DNA of 64,000 nt from Burkholderiales bacterium. Lineage in GTDB: Bacteria; Pseudomonadota; Gammaproteobacteria; Burkholderiales; JAEUOS01. The notes beneath the pieces were generated by a model. It saw only the letters and a program-made list of their open reading frames with translations, ran no database searches and had not been told where the DNA came from. Shown piece by piece: positions 41,028 through 51,639 of the stretch. The position numbers were made by a program, and so were the translations under genes. The stretch is from positions 15,598 to 79,597 of the forward strand of contig CANJDH010000007.1 in assembly GCA_947473125.1 (NCBI GenBank), read 5' to 3'. Within the stretch, counting starts at the first letter, position 1; every line of letters begins with the position of its first letter.

Positions 41028-41756
41028 ATGAACCAACCCATGGGCCTGGCCCACTTCTGGGCACAGGGCGACGCCGTCACCCACGGCGTTGCCATCATGC
41101 TACTGATCATGTCGGCGGCGAGCTGGTACATCACGCTCGGCAAGCTGGTGGCGCACCTGCGTTACAGCGCGTCGATCGACAAGGCGCTGGCGGCATTTTG
41201 GGGTGCCGAGTCCCGTCCACTGGCACTCGAGGCAATCCGCAGCGAGGACAAATCCGGAGCCTTCACACGCGTCGCGACCGACGCGCTGCTGGCCGCCGAG
41301 ACCTACGAACAGCATGCGGCCAAAGGCATCGGCGCCGGCGTCGACAAGAGCGACTTCGTGGCGCGCGTGCTGCAGCAGTCGATCGTGGTGGCGCAGGCGC
41401 GCATCGAGCGCGGGTTGACCTTTCTCGCTTCGGTCGGATCGACAGCGCCTTTTGTGGGCCTGTTCGGTACGGTGTGGGGCATCTATCACGCGCTCGTCGG
41501 CCTGTCGGGCGCCTCGCAGGTGGTGCTCGACAAGGTAGCAGGGCCGGTGGGCGAGGCGCTGATCATGACCGCGGTGGGATTGTTTGTGGCGATTCCCGCC
41601 GTGCTCGCCTACAACGCCTGTGCGCGCGCCAACCGGCTGGTGCTGGCGCGCATCGAAGGCTTTGCGCACAGCCTGCATGCCTATGTGGTTGGCGGCATGC
41701 GCATGGGTGGCGAGCGTGGTGCCGCGCCTACCCTGCGCGCGGTCAACGGCAAATAA
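41028..41756 (+). CDS. exbB: ExbB (MotA/TolQ/ExbB proton channel)
   Basis: LASVGSTAPFVGLFGTVWGI, GEALIMTAVGLFVAIPAV. Confidence 0.93.
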   Translation: MNQPMGLAHFWAQGDAVTHGVAIMLLIMSAASWYITLGKLVAHLRYSASIDKALAAFWGAESRPLALEAIRSEDKSGAFTRVATDALLAAETYEQHAAKGIGAGVDKSDFVARVLQQSIVVAQARIERGLTFLASVGSTAPFVGLFGTVWGIYHALVGLSGASQVVLDKVAGPVGEALIMTAVGLFVAIPAVLAYNACARANRLVLARIEGFAHSLHAYVVGGMRMGGERGAAPTLRAVNGK

Positions 41757-41767
41757 GGCGGCACATC

Positions 41768-42199
41768 ATGGCATTCACTTCCTTTGACACCCATCGTTCG
41801 ATGCAGCCGATGGCCGAGATCAATACCACACCGCTGGTCGACGTGATGCTGGTACTGCTGGTGATATTCATCATCACCGCGCCGCTGTTCCATCAGGCGG
41901 TGCCGGTGGACCTGCCCAAGGTGGACAGCAGCAAGCTCGACGACAAATCCAAGGTGGTGCAACTGGCGATCGACGGCAGCGGGGGCGTCTTTGTCGACGG
42001 CGTTGCCACCCCGCACGAAACGCTTGGTGCAGCGCTCAGGCAACGTGTCATCGCTGGCCAACCCGCGCCGGAGCTGCATTTGCGCGGCGACCGGGCGACG
42101 CGCTATGAGCGGGTTACCGAAGTCATGGCCGCCGCGCAAAAGGCCGGCATCACCAAGATTGCCTTCGTGACAGACGGAACCGGGGACCAGAAAAAATAG
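41768..42199 (+). CDS. exbD: ExbD/TolR family protein
   Basis: EINTTPLVDVMLVLLVIFIITAP, LRGD...Y..V..VM. Start at ATG 41768. Confidence 0.93.
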   Translation: MAFTSFDTHRSMQPMAEINTTPLVDVMLVLLVIFIITAPLFHQAVPVDLPKVDSSKLDDKSKVVQLAIDGSGGVFVDGVATPHETLGAALRQRVIAGQPAPELHLRGDRATRYERVTEVMAAAQKAGITKIAFVTDGTGDQKK

Positions 42200-42243
42200 A
42201 GAGTGCCGGCTGAAACCATTGTTTACCAACGGTTTCCGAAGGG

Positions 42244-43575
42244 TTACAACACGTAACGCGCCAGATCCTCGGATTGCGACAACTCGCCAAGGCGCTCGTC
42301 CACATAGACCGCATCGATGCGCAGGGTCTGCCCCGACTGCTTCGACGCGTCGAACGAAACGTCTTCGAGCAGCTTTTCCATCACCGTGTAAAGGCGCCGC
42401 GCACCGATGTTTTCGGTTTTTTCGTTGACCGCGAACGCGATCTGGGCGAGCCGGCTGATGCCATCCGGCAGGAATTCGAGCTGCACCTGCTCGGTGTCGA
42501 GCAGCGCGTGGTACTGCTTGGTCAACGCGGCGTCGGTCGAGACCAGGATTTTCTCGAAGTCACCCACCGACAGCGAGTCGAGCTCGACCCGGATCGGAAA
42601 GCGCCCCTGCAGTTCGGGGATCAGGTCCGAGGGTTTCGAGAAATGGAACGCGCCCGAGCCGATGAACAGGATATGGTCGGTCTTGATCATGCCGTACTTG
42701 GTGGTCACCGTGGTGCCTTCGACCAGCGGCAACAGGTCGCGCTGCACGCCCTGGCGCGACACGTCGGCGCCCTGTGATTCCGAGCGGCTCGCGATCTTGT
42801 CGATCTCGTCAAGGAACACGATGCCGTTCTGCTCGACATTGCGGATCGCCTGGGTCTTGAGCTCGTCGTCATTGACCAGCTTCGCCGCCTCTTCGTCGCC
42901 GAGCAGCTTGAACGCTTCCCTGACCTTGAGCTTCTTCGTCTTCCTGCGCCCGGAGCCGAGGTTCTGGAACATGCCCTGGATCTGCTGGGTCAACTCTTCC
43001 ATGCCGGGTGGCGCCATCACTTCCATTTGCGCCGCCGGCAGCGCCACCTCGATCTCGATGTCCTTGTCGTCGAGCGCGCCCTCGCGCAGCTTCTTGCGAA
43101 ATTTCTGGCGCGTGGCGTTCTCGGCTTCCGACGCACCGGCCGGAAAGCCGATGTCGCCCGAAGGCGGCAGCAGCACGTCGAGGATGCGTTCCTCGGCAGC
43201 GTCGTCCGCTGCGAGTCGCACGCGCTTGACCGCGGCCTCGCGCGCTTCCTTGACGGCGATCTCGGCGAGGTCGCGGATGATGGTGTCGACATCGCGCCCG
43301 ACGTAGCCGACTTCGGTGAACTTGGTGGCCTCGACCTTGATGAAGGGCGCATCGGCGAGGCGCGCCAGGCGCCGCGCGATCTCGGTCTTGCCGACACCGG
43401 TCGGCCCGATCATGAGAATGTTCTTCGGCGTAATTTCGGTACGCAACGGGTCAGCCACCTGGCTGCGGCGCCAGCGATTGCGCAAGGCAATGGCGACGGC
43501 ACGCTTGGCACGCGTCTGGCCAACGATGTGTTTGTCGAGCTCGTGGACGATTTCTTGAGGGGTCATTGCGGACAT
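42244..43575 (-). CDS. hslU: ATP-dependent protease ATPase subunit HslU
   Basis: [54 protein letters not shown]. Confidence 0.97.
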   Translation of the reverse strand: MSAMTPQEIVHELDKHIVGQTRAKRAVAIALRNRWRRSQVADPLRTEITPKNILMIGPTGVGKTEIARRLARLADAPFIKVEATKFTEVGYVGRDVDTIIRDLAEIAVKEAREAAVKRVRLAADDAAEERILDVLLPPSGDIGFPAGASEAENATRQKFRKKLREGALDDKDIEIEVALPAAQMEVMAPPGMEELTQQIQGMFQNLGSGRRKTKKLKVREAFKLLGDEEAAKLVNDDELKTQAIRNVEQNGIVFLDEIDKIASRSESQGADVSRQGVQRDLLPLVEGTTVTTKYGMIKTDHILFIGSGAFHFSKPSDLIPELQGRFPIRVELDSLSVGDFEKILVSTDAALTKQYHALLDTEQVQLEFLPDGISRLAQIAFAVNEKTENIGARRLYTVMEKLLEDVSFDASKQSGQTLRIDAVYVDERLGELSQSEDLARYVL

Positions 43576-43615
43576 GGCGGGGCGGCACCACCCGCAAGCG
43601 GGCGGCGCAATGGCG

Positions 43616-44152
43616 TTAGGCGAGGGTTTCGATCGTATGGTTTTGATTGGTGTAAATGCAAATCTCACCGGCGATTTCAAGTGCCTTCTTGACCACCTCG
43701 GGCGCCGTGAGCTGCGTGTTGTCGAGCAGCGCCCTGGCAGCGGCCTGCGCATACGCGCCGCCGGAGCCGATGGCAACCAGGCCACCCTCGGGCTCAAGCA
43801 CATCGCCGTTGCCGGTGATGATCAGGGAGTGGTCGCGATCCGCCACGGCGAGCATCGCTTCGAGGCGGCGCAGGATGCGGTCGGTACGCCAGTCCTTGGC
43901 GAGCTCGACAGCGGAGCGCATCAGGTTGCCCTGGTGTTTTTCAAGCTTGGCTTCGAAGCGCTCGAACAGCGTAAAAGCATCGGCGGTGCCGCCGGCAAAC
44001 CCGGCGAGGATCTTCTCGTGGTACAGGCGCCGCACCTTGCGCGCCGACGACTTGACGATGATCTGGCCGAGCGTGACCTGGCCGTCGCCGCCGATCGCAA
44101 CCGAGGTGCCGCGACGCGCAGAAATGATGGTGGTGCCGTGGTACTGTTCCAT
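43616..44152 (-). CDS. hslV: ATP-dependent protease peptidase subunit HslV
   Basis: HGTTI catalytic Thr, [17 protein letters not shown]. Confidence 0.97.
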   Translation of the reverse strand: MEQYHGTTIISARRGTSVAIGGDGQVTLGQIIVKSSARKVRRLYHEKILAGFAGGTADAFTLFERFEAKLEKHQGNLMRSAVELAKDWRTDRILRRLEAMLAVADRDHSLIITGNGDVLEPEGGLVAIGSGGAYAQAAARALLDNTQLTAPEVVKKALEIAGEICIYTNQNHTIETLA

Positions 44153-44161
44153 AGATTTTCC

Positions 44162-44192
44162 AGTTGGGGCACGCAAGCGCGATATTCAAGAG
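44162..44192 (-). promoter_or_regulatory. Sigma32 (RpoH)-type promoter of hslVU
   Basis: Minus strand CTTGAA-N15-CCCCAACT matches the CTTGAA...CCCCATnT consensus. Confidence 0.75.
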
Positions 44193-44249
44193 TGCGGCGC
44201 GAGCAGCGTGCCGCAGCGGCGGCAGCTCACCCGGTGCACAAACCGGACT

Positions 44250-45794
44250 TCATGCCGCGCGCTGGGTAAAACGCGCCTGCTCGGTAAATCCCAGCGATAT
44301 CAGCAGCGTGGCAATCAAGGGGCTCGGGCTGCGCAACTCGAGCTCCCTGCCCTGTACGTAGAGAGCCGAGAGCACGTTGATGAATTCGCTCGCCGCCGAC
44401 GGATCAACCCGGCGCAGGTCGAACATGTCAATCACGACCAGCTTGCGCTTCGCGGCGTAACTGTCGATCGCCGCGAAGCGCGGGTCGACACCTCCTTGCA
44501 GCGTACCTTTGAGATAAAACGCGTCCTGCGGCAGTGCGTCCGCTTGCGCAGCGGCGATCCGGGATGGCGGCGGCGATCGGGCCGGTGCCACCCACTGCGG
44601 CGGAGAAACCTCATAGGTGATGCAGTAGTTGAGCGCGGCTTCTTCGAAAATGTCCTGCCGCCCCTCAAATTGGTACAGCTCGAGCAGCAGCAGCCAAAAC
44701 ACTTCGGGGTCGCCGCGGCGCTCGGTCTCGACTGATGCTTCGAGCAGCCCGGTCAGATGCGCCGTGTTGGAAAACATCAGTTCGATCCCGGCCTTCCTGA
44801 ATGTGCGCAGGCGATCGAGGAGTAACGCGCAACCCGCTTCGCCAACCGACTCGATCTTGCGAAACTCGATGCGCATGATCGCGCTGCTCGCCGCAATCGT
44901 GGAGAGCCTGTCGAGCTGCTGCGCGATGCTTGCGTCGAGCACCCCATTGATTGCGTAATATTGCCCACCGCCGGTTTTGAGCATGGGATCGATTGGCGTG
45001 GCGCCCGAGCGGTCCGTAAACGCCGGGGGCGACGTCTCGAACGCCACCGCAAAATCAATCGCAGCGGCTTCGAAGGCTGCAGCCGCGCCGAGAATTTCGA
45101 GCACATCGAAAAGGAGCAGCCACGCCTGATGGGCAGCCGCCTGCTCCATGCGGCCCAGCTTGAGAGCGGCCTCGAGCGCCGCGCGCGCTTCGGTCGATTT
45201 CCCTTTTGCATGGAGCAACGCCGCCTGTTCGAGCACCGGCGCGGATTCGAACGGACTCAATGCCAACTCGCGCATCAGCACCGAGCTGACGCCGAGTGCG
45301 GTCAGCGCCGGATCTGCTCGTGATGCCGATTTTGACGCGGGTGCCGGTGCCGCAGCGCGCGGCTCGGATTTGGCCGCCTGCAGCGCCTGCGGGTGCACGG
45401 GTGCCGCAGCGACTTGCTCTGGCGCGGGAGACGCGGGCCCGGCAGGGTCGAGAGCAAGAACGGGCGTCGGCCGGGCGTACGCCTCGGCCACCGTATGCTC
45501 TGCGGCGACAGTCGCCCGCAGGTCCGGGGGTGGAAGGGGTCCCGCCGAGGCCGGCATTTTGGCAAGCGCGGAGAAATCAAGATCGTCCATCTCCGCTTCG
45601 ATTTTATTGATCTTGCTCGACAGGCCATCAGGCGCGAGAGCAGCGGGCTTGGGCGCCGACGGCACGGCACGTCCCGGCACGGCAGTGCCGTTGACTGCCG
45701 CTCCGCCAGGGCTTGCTTGTTTGGCGGATTTGACCGGCGCCGCAGCTGGCTTGGCCGGCGCGCCGTCCTTTTTGCCGAAAATTGAAAATGCCAC
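44250..45794 (-). CDS. Conserved hypothetical protein with duplicated helical + STAS-like modules
   Basis: Two internal repeats (WLLLFD..FEAAAIDFAVAFETSPP and WLLLLE..FEEAALNYCITYEVSPP), each followed by a STAS-like beta-alpha unit. Confidence 0.75.
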   Translation of the reverse strand: MAFSIFGKKDGAPAKPAAAPVKSAKQASPGGAAVNGTAVPGRAVPSAPKPAALAPDGLSSKINKIEAEMDDLDFSALAKMPASAGPLPPPDLRATVAAEHTVAEAYARPTPVLALDPAGPASPAPEQVAAAPVHPQALQAAKSEPRAAAPAPASKSASRADPALTALGVSSVLMRELALSPFESAPVLEQAALLHAKGKSTEARAALEAALKLGRMEQAAAHQAWLLLFDVLEILGAAAAFEAAAIDFAVAFETSPPAFTDRSGATPIDPMLKTGGGQYYAINGVLDASIAQQLDRLSTIAASSAIMRIEFRKIESVGEAGCALLLDRLRTFRKAGIELMFSNTAHLTGLLEASVETERRGDPEVFWLLLLELYQFEGRQDIFEEAALNYCITYEVSPPQWVAPARSPPPSRIAAAQADALPQDAFYLKGTLQGGVDPRFAAIDSYAAKRKLVVIDMFDLRRVDPSAASEFINVLSALYVQGRELELRSPSPLIATLLISLGFTEQARFTQRAA

Positions 45795-45920
45795 GTTGGT
45801 GAGCGTCTTGTAATGGTTCGAAGGTCAGGTGGTTCGACGAGCCCGTTCCCGGCGAGGCTGCCTTCGTATGCCAGTTAGTTTACCGCGTTGGCAGTGCCCC
45901 AAAACCGCGAGCAACCTGCC

Positions 45921-47555
45921 TTAGGGCGCCTTGATCGGCGCTGCCGCAGGCAACGCCACAAGCTGCGCCTGCCCGGTACCGGGCAGGGGAAATTCCACCG
46001 AAAACACAGTGCCCCTGACCAGGGCTGCATCGCGGACCCGCACCTGCGCGCGATGCTGGTAGGCGATCTCGCGCACGATCGCCAGCCCGAGACCGGAGCC
46101 ATCAAGCGCTTCGCCGTCGGGCCCGCTGCCGAGAACCCGGTAAAAACGCTCGAACACCAGCTCGCGCTCTTCGGGAACGATGCCAATGCCGTTGTCTTCC
46201 ACCTCCAAGATCACCACGCTGCCGGTGAGCAGGCGTACCGTGATCTCCCCCCCTTGCGGCGTGTAGCGAATCGCGTTGTCGACCAGGTTGTTGACCAGCT
46301 CAGAGAGCAACGGTGCGTTGCCTTCGATCATGAGCGGCGTGGCCACGCCCTCGACACCCAGATCAATGCGGCGCGCGCGCGCCTGCGGCACCCATCCGCG
46401 CACGCGCTCGCACACCAGCCCGCCGAGGTCGAGCATCGTGAGGCGCGGCCCGGCTGCGTCAACCTGCGCGCCCTTTTCGGCGCGCGTCAAAGCCAATAGC
46501 TGGTTCACCATGCGCACCAGTCGCCGGGTGGCGATCGCCATCTGCTCCAGGCTCTGGCGCAACTCCGGCCCTTCGGCCACCGCCGCCTGGCGCAACGCCA
46601 GTTCGGTCTGCATCTTGATGCCGGCCAGCGGTGTGCGCAATTGATGGGCCGCATTCGCGATGAAGCGCTGCTGGCCCTTGAGACTGCCGTCGAGTTGCCG
46701 CATCAGGTCGTTGATGGAAGTGATCAGCGGCTCGACCTCGCTCGGCACTTCACCGGACGGGATCGGGCTCAGGTCGCCTGGCCGGCGCCGATGGATGCGG
46801 TCGACCAGACTCGACAAGGGCACCAGGCCCCGTGCCAGGCCAAACCAGACCAGGACCGCGGCAAACGGCAGGATGATGAATTGCGGCAGGATCACTCCCT
46901 TGACGATTTCGTCGGCCAGCTGCGCGCGTTTGTCGAGTGTTTCCGCCACCTGCACCAGCGCCGGACGCGCCGCCACGTCGGCGCCGCGCGCCTTTGAAGG
47001 CGGTGGCTGAACCGGCGGGAACTCGACCCAGGTATAGGCGACACGCAACTCGACGCCGTTCAATTCGTCGTTGCGGAACAGGACGCGACCCGGCGCCGGC
47101 ACTTCATCGTCGGCAGGCAGGGGCAGATCGCGGTCGCCCGAGACAAACTCGCCGCGTTGCCCGACCACCTGAAAGTACACGGTGTCGGTATCGTCGGCCC
47201 GGAGGATTTCGCGCGCCGGCAACGGCAGATCCGCCACGACCCGCCCGCCGCGCACCTTTACCTGCTCGGCCAGGATCGAGACGCTGTCGGAGAGCGCACG
47301 GTCGAACGGCGCATGCGACAGCGATTTGGCGGCCGCAAACGTGAGCAGCAGCGACACCGGCATCAGCAGCATTACCGGCACCCAGAGCCAATCGAGAATT
47401 TCACCGAACAGCGAACTGTTCGGGCGCGCACCTTCCGACATGAAGCCGGTGAGGCCGTACCAGCGGCCGCGTCGAAGCGTCGTCGCCGGTGCGGACTCCC
47501 GGGCGGGGGCATCGTCGGGCGGCCGGACCAGCGGTGCGGGCGAATCAGGAACCAT
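45921..47555 (-). CDS. Sensor histidine kinase (TctE-like)
   Basis: SLFGEILDWL N-terminus, H-box AHQLRTPL, N-box LVDNAIRY, DNGIGI, GSGLGLAIV. Start may be ATG 47441. Confidence 0.92.
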   Translation of the reverse strand: MVPDSPAPLVRPPDDAPARESAPATTLRRGRWYGLTGFMSEGARPNSSLFGEILDWLWVPVMLLMPVSLLLTFAAAKSLSHAPFDRALSDSVSILAEQVKVRGGRVVADLPLPAREILRADDTDTVYFQVVGQRGEFVSGDRDLPLPADDEVPAPGRVLFRNDELNGVELRVAYTWVEFPPVQPPPSKARGADVAARPALVQVAETLDKRAQLADEIVKGVILPQFIILPFAAVLVWFGLARGLVPLSSLVDRIHRRRPGDLSPIPSGEVPSEVEPLITSINDLMRQLDGSLKGQQRFIANAAHQLRTPLAGIKMQTELALRQAAVAEGPELRQSLEQMAIATRRLVRMVNQLLALTRAEKGAQVDAAGPRLTMLDLGGLVCERVRGWVPQARARRIDLGVEGVATPLMIEGNAPLLSELVNNLVDNAIRYTPQGGEITVRLLTGSVVILEVEDNGIGIVPEERELVFERFYRVLGSGPDGEALDGSGLGLAIVREIAYQHRAQVRVRDAALVRGTVFSVEFPLPGTGQAQLVALPAAAPIKAP

Positions 47556-47609
47556 GGAAGCGTGAATCAGAAACGGTGCGGCACGACGGCGGGCAGGCGG
47601 CGCGCACGC

Positions 47610-48302
47610 CTAGGCCGGTGCGCCTGCCGAGGCTTTCTCGAGGCAATAGCCCAAGCCACGCACCGTCGAAATCGACGCGGCAGGCTCGATTTTCTTGCGC
47701 AGGCGGTGCACGTAAACCTCGATCGCATTGGTGGACAGTTCCTCGCCCCACTCGCACAGATGTTCGACCAGCTGATCTTTGCTAACCAGTCGGCCGGTGC
47801 GTTGCAGAAAGATTTCGAGCAGACCCAGTTCGCGCGCAGATAGTTCCAGCGGCTGGTCGTTGAGGTAGGCCACCCGCCCGGACAGGTCATAGCTCAAGGC
47901 GCCGTTCTGAATCAAGGTCGGGGCGCCGCACATGCCGCGCCGTGTCAGCGCCCGCGCGCGTGCTTCGAGCTCGGCGAGGTCAAACGGTTTGGCCATGTAG
48001 TCGTCGGCGCCCAGATCGAGACCCTTGACCCGGTCTTCGACGCCGTCGGCGGCCGTCAGGATCAACACCGGCATGCGCGCGTTGGTGCCGTTGGCCTTGG
48101 CGCGCAGGCGTCGCAGTACTTCCAGGCCGGGCATTTTCGGCAGGCCGAGGTCGAGGATCATCAGGTCGTATCCCTGGGTGCTCGCGGCAGCATCTGCCTC
48201 GGCGCCGTTTTGCGCATGGTCCACAGCAAATCCGGCGCGCCGCAGGCTTCGGCACAAACCATCCGCCAGAACAGAATCATCTTCTGCCAGCAAAATCCGC
48301 AT
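47610..48302 (-). CDS. OmpR-family response regulator (TctD-like)
   Basis: MRILLAEDD, ILDLGLP, GADDYMAKPF, IEVYVHRLRKK, TVRGLGY. Confidence 0.95.
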   Translation of the reverse strand: MRILLAEDDSVLADGLCRSLRRAGFAVDHAQNGAEADAAASTQGYDLMILDLGLPKMPGLEVLRRLRAKANGTNARMPVLILTAADGVEDRVKGLDLGADDYMAKPFDLAELEARARALTRRGMCGAPTLIQNGALSYDLSGRVAYLNDQPLELSARELGLLEIFLQRTGRLVSKDQLVEHLCEWGEELSTNAIEVYVHRLRKKIEPAASISTVRGLGYCLEKASAGAPA

Positions 48303-48481
48303 GGGTCCGCCCTCCTTTAAGGTGTCACCCGGAGTCTCGTATTGTTGTTGTTTTGGCAAGTGTACACCGGGGGGAAATCGATCCCTGCCTTGTGTCCGCC
48401 CCTGCGACGGCCCGGCGGACCGGGCCACGCGCGCATCCCCTGACGGGAAAGCTGCAGGGCGGCCGACGTTACGTCGTCACA

Positions 48482-50629
48482 CTACTTCAATATCTGGAAC
48501 AGGTTGTTGAAGTCGTCGGTCCAGGGGCGCATGCCCGGGATCGGCTCGATCGGCACGCGCTTGGCCTTGACATCTTCGTCATCGATGAAATTGCGGTTTC
48601 TGGTCACGATCACCCAGTCGGTGCGCGACAGGTATTTGTCGTCCTCGGCGTCGTCGGTGATGAGGACCGCTTCGTAGCCGATTTCATCCGCAAGCTGCTT
48701 GACCACGGGTGCCAGGCGCAGGTAGCGATTGGTGACGTGGAATGCCACCGCGCCGTCCGGCTTGATGTGCTTCAAATAGACCTGCAGCGCTTCACGTGTA
48801 ATCAGGTGCACCGGGATCGCGTCACTCGAAAACGCATCGACCGCAAGCACGTCGAATTTTTGCGACGGCTCGCGCTCCAGCACCAGGCGTGCGTCGCCGA
48901 GCGCGGTATCGACCCTGGCTTTGCTCTCGGTCAGGTAATAAAAGTAATAGGTCGCAATGTCGATGACCTTGGGGTTGATCTCGTAGAGCCGGAAATAGTC
49001 GCCCTTCTGGCCGTAGCCGGCAAGCGTGCCGGCGCCCAGGCCGATCACGCCGACGCGTTGCTCCTCCGGGTGGAAGCGCGACAGCGCCATGCCGACGCCC
49101 GAGGTGTCGCCGTAATAGCTGGTGATGATATGGCGGTGCGCCGGATGGATGTATTGCTCGCCATGCATGATCACGCCATGCACCAGGCGCCGGTTCGCGT
49201 CGACGTCGGTATCGGGCAAAGTCTGCTTGACGCGCAGAGAGCCATAAAAATTGCGCGACGCGTGGATCGTGTTTTCCTTGAGGAACTCGTCGTACTTCCA
49301 GCCGTAATAGGTGCAGGCGCCGGCTGCCACCAGTGCGGCCAGGGGCGCCCAGACGGTCAGCGGCTTGGCAAACAGGCCGCGCGTGACCACCACCGCCATC
49401 AGTGCGCAGGCCACCAGGCCAAGCGGCATTTCGAGATAGCCGGTAAACAGCTTGGGCGCCGCGAGACCGACGAACATGCCGCCGGCGGCACCGCCGACCG
49501 ATAGCATCAAGTAAAAGCGCGTCAGGTAGCGCGGCGACGGTTTTGCCGCCGCCAGCTCGCCGTGGCAAAACATGCAGGTCAGGAACAGGCCGACGCAATA
49601 CAGCGGAATCGCCTCGTTGATGTTGAGTACGCCGCGATCGGCCGTCAGGCCCCAGGCCATGGCGCCAAGCACCACCAGCGTCGGCCCGAGCCAGATCTGG
49701 CGAATGTAAAAACCGCGTCCGCCGCGCCCCTCGAACACCAGCACGAAGGTCAGCAAATAGAGCGTGAGCGGCAGCACCCACAGGAATGGAATCGAGGCCA
49801 CGTTTTGCGTGATGTGGTTCGAGATCGCGAGCAGCATCAGCGAAGCCAACGCGCTGAGCGTGAACCACAAGCCGTAGTCACCGGCAGTCGGGGCTGACTC
49901 GGGCGTGATCGGTTCCGCGGCGGCAACGCGTTGCGCGCCACCCGAATGATTCTCGCCACCCTGATCCATTGAAACCGTTGGTGCAGGCGGCTTTTGGGCC
50001 ATAGATGCCGCAACAACCGCTCCCACCAAGGGTTCTGGCGGTTCACGCCGGGCACGCAACGCGCTGCCGATGCAAAACACCACAAACAATCCGTAACCGA
50101 CGCTCCAGCCGACCGCCTGGACCCGTGTCGGCACCCACATTTCGATGGCGAACGGGTAGGCCAGCAGCCCGACCAGGGAGCCCAGGTTGGACAAGGCAAA
50201 AAACCGGTAGACGCGCTTTGCCGTGGCCGGATCGGCATGCTCGCGCGCCACCCACGATTGCACCAGCGGACCGGTGGTCGAGAGCATGAAGTAAGGCAGC
50301 CCGATGGTGGCCACGAGCAGGCCGAGGATGCGCCACAGCGGATCTTCGTCGCCGGCCGGCTTCCAGCCCGTGCCCGCCACGATCGGCAGCGACGCCAGGC
50401 TGACGAGCAACAGCACGATATGAATCGTGGTTTGCGTTTTCGGCTTCAGTCGATTGGAGATGTCCGAATAGGTGTAGCCGGCGAGCAGCGCCAGTTGAAA
50501 AAATACCAGGCAGGTGGTCCACACTGCGGCGGTGCCGCCAAACCACGGCAGGATCTGCTTGGCGATGATCGGCTGGACCAGGAACAGCAGGAAGCTGGAG
50601 ACGAGGATCGTCGCGGCGTAGAGAATCAT
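48482..50629 (-). CDS. Fused membrane domain / spermidine synthase-like SAM-dependent transferase
   Basis: About 13 TM helices followed by VIGLGAGTL, YEINP, GDAR, AVDAFSSDAIP. Start at ATG 50629. Confidence 0.85.
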   Translation of the reverse strand: MILYAATILVSSFLLFLVQPIIAKQILPWFGGTAAVWTTCLVFFQLALLAGYTYSDISNRLKPKTQTTIHIVLLLVSLASLPIVAGTGWKPAGDEDPLWRILGLLVATIGLPYFMLSTTGPLVQSWVAREHADPATAKRVYRFFALSNLGSLVGLLAYPFAIEMWVPTRVQAVGWSVGYGLFVVFCIGSALRARREPPEPLVGAVVAASMAQKPPAPTVSMDQGGENHSGGAQRVAAAEPITPESAPTAGDYGLWFTLSALASLMLLAISNHITQNVASIPFLWVLPLTLYLLTFVLVFEGRGGRGFYIRQIWLGPTLVVLGAMAWGLTADRGVLNINEAIPLYCVGLFLTCMFCHGELAAAKPSPRYLTRFYLMLSVGGAAGGMFVGLAAPKLFTGYLEMPLGLVACALMAVVVTRGLFAKPLTVWAPLAALVAAGACTYYGWKYDEFLKENTIHASRNFYGSLRVKQTLPDTDVDANRRLVHGVIMHGEQYIHPAHRHIITSYYGDTSGVGMALSRFHPEEQRVGVIGLGAGTLAGYGQKGDYFRLYEINPKVIDIATYYFYYLTESKARVDTALGDARLVLEREPSQKFDVLAVDAFSSDAIPVHLITREALQVYLKHIKPDGAVAFHVTNRYLRLAPVVKQLADEIGYEAVLITDDAEDDKYLSRTDWVIVTRNRNFIDDEDVKAKRVPIEPIPGMRPWTDDFNNLFQILK

Positions 50630-50652
50630 GGAGGGGATGTTTTGGTAAGAGA

Positions 50653-51615
50653 TCAGGCGATGAAGCGCGCCAGCGCCGCCGGGTCGACGTTGCCGCCCGA
50701 GAGGATCACGCCGACGCGCTTGCCGGCGAGGTCGATTTGCTTGCCGAACACCGCCGCAGCCGCGAGGCAACCGGTCGGCTCGACCACGATCTTCATGCGC
50801 GACACAAAAAAGCGCATGGCTTCAATCAGTTCGGCGTCGCTGACGGTGAGGACATCGGACACCAGCGCCCGCATGATGGGGAAGGTCAGCTTGCCCGGGA
50901 AGGTGGTCTGCGCGCCATCGGCAATCGTCTTGGGTACCGGGATGGTGACGATCTCGCCCTTGCGCAAGGATTGCTGCACGTCATTGCCGGCTTCAGGCTC
51001 GACGCCGATCAACATGCAACCCGGTGAGAGCGCGTGTGCCGCCAGCGCGCAACCCGAGATAAGGCCGCCGCCACCTACGCAGACGAACAGATAGTCCAGC
51101 TCGCCGGCGTCTTCAATCAGCTCTTTGGCCGCCGTGCCCTGACCGGCGATCACGTCAGCATGGTCGTACGGCGGGATCAGCGCCAGGCCGCGTTCGGCGG
51201 CGATCCGCTTCGCGAGCGCCTCGCGATCTTCCGTCATTCGGTCATAGGTGATGACTTCCGCGCCATAGCCGCGCGTCGCCGCAAGCTTGATGGCCGGCGC
51301 GTCCGAGGGCATCACAATGGTGGCGGCCACGCCCTGCAGGCGCCCGGCGAGGGCAATCGCCTGCGCGTGGTTGCCTGATGAAAAAGCCAGCACGCCACGC
51401 TTGCGCGCATCGCCCTCCAGTTTGGCAATGGCGTTGTAGGCGCCGCGAAACTTGAAGGCGCCCATGCGCTGCAGGTTTTCCGGCTTGAAAAAAAGCTGCG
51501 CGCCGGTCATCCCGTCGGCGGTGGCCGAGGTCAGCACCGGCGTACGATGGGCCGCACCCTCAATCCGTTTGGCAGCGGCAGCGACATCCGCATAGGTGAC
51601 GGGAAGCGTCGTCAT
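50653..51615 (-). CDS. PLP-dependent serine/threonine dehydratase family (threo-3-hydroxy-L-aspartate ammonia-lyase-like)
   Basis: KPENLQRMGAFKFRGA, SSGNHAQ, VGGGGL, VEPTG, SGGN. Confidence 0.9.
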   Translation of the reverse strand: MTTLPVTYADVAAAAKRIEGAAHRTPVLTSATADGMTGAQLFFKPENLQRMGAFKFRGAYNAIAKLEGDARKRGVLAFSSGNHAQAIALAGRLQGVAATIVMPSDAPAIKLAATRGYGAEVITYDRMTEDREALAKRIAAERGLALIPPYDHADVIAGQGTAAKELIEDAGELDYLFVCVGGGGLISGCALAAHALSPGCMLIGVEPEAGNDVQQSLRKGEIVTIPVPKTIADGAQTTFPGKLTFPIMRALVSDVLTVSDAELIEAMRFFVSRMKIVVEPTGCLAAAAVFGKQIDLAGKRVGVILSGGNVDPAALARFIA

Positions 51616-51639
51616 CTGTTCTCTTGTGCCTGGCGTTGA

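Noticed and set aside
43576-43803. Apparent N-terminal extension of HslU
   Set aside because: It overlaps hslV; canonical HslU begins at [10 protein letters not shown].
48482-50629. Membrane domain / spermidine synthase fusion as a novel architecture
   Set aside because: This fusion family is widespread; nothing locally unusual.
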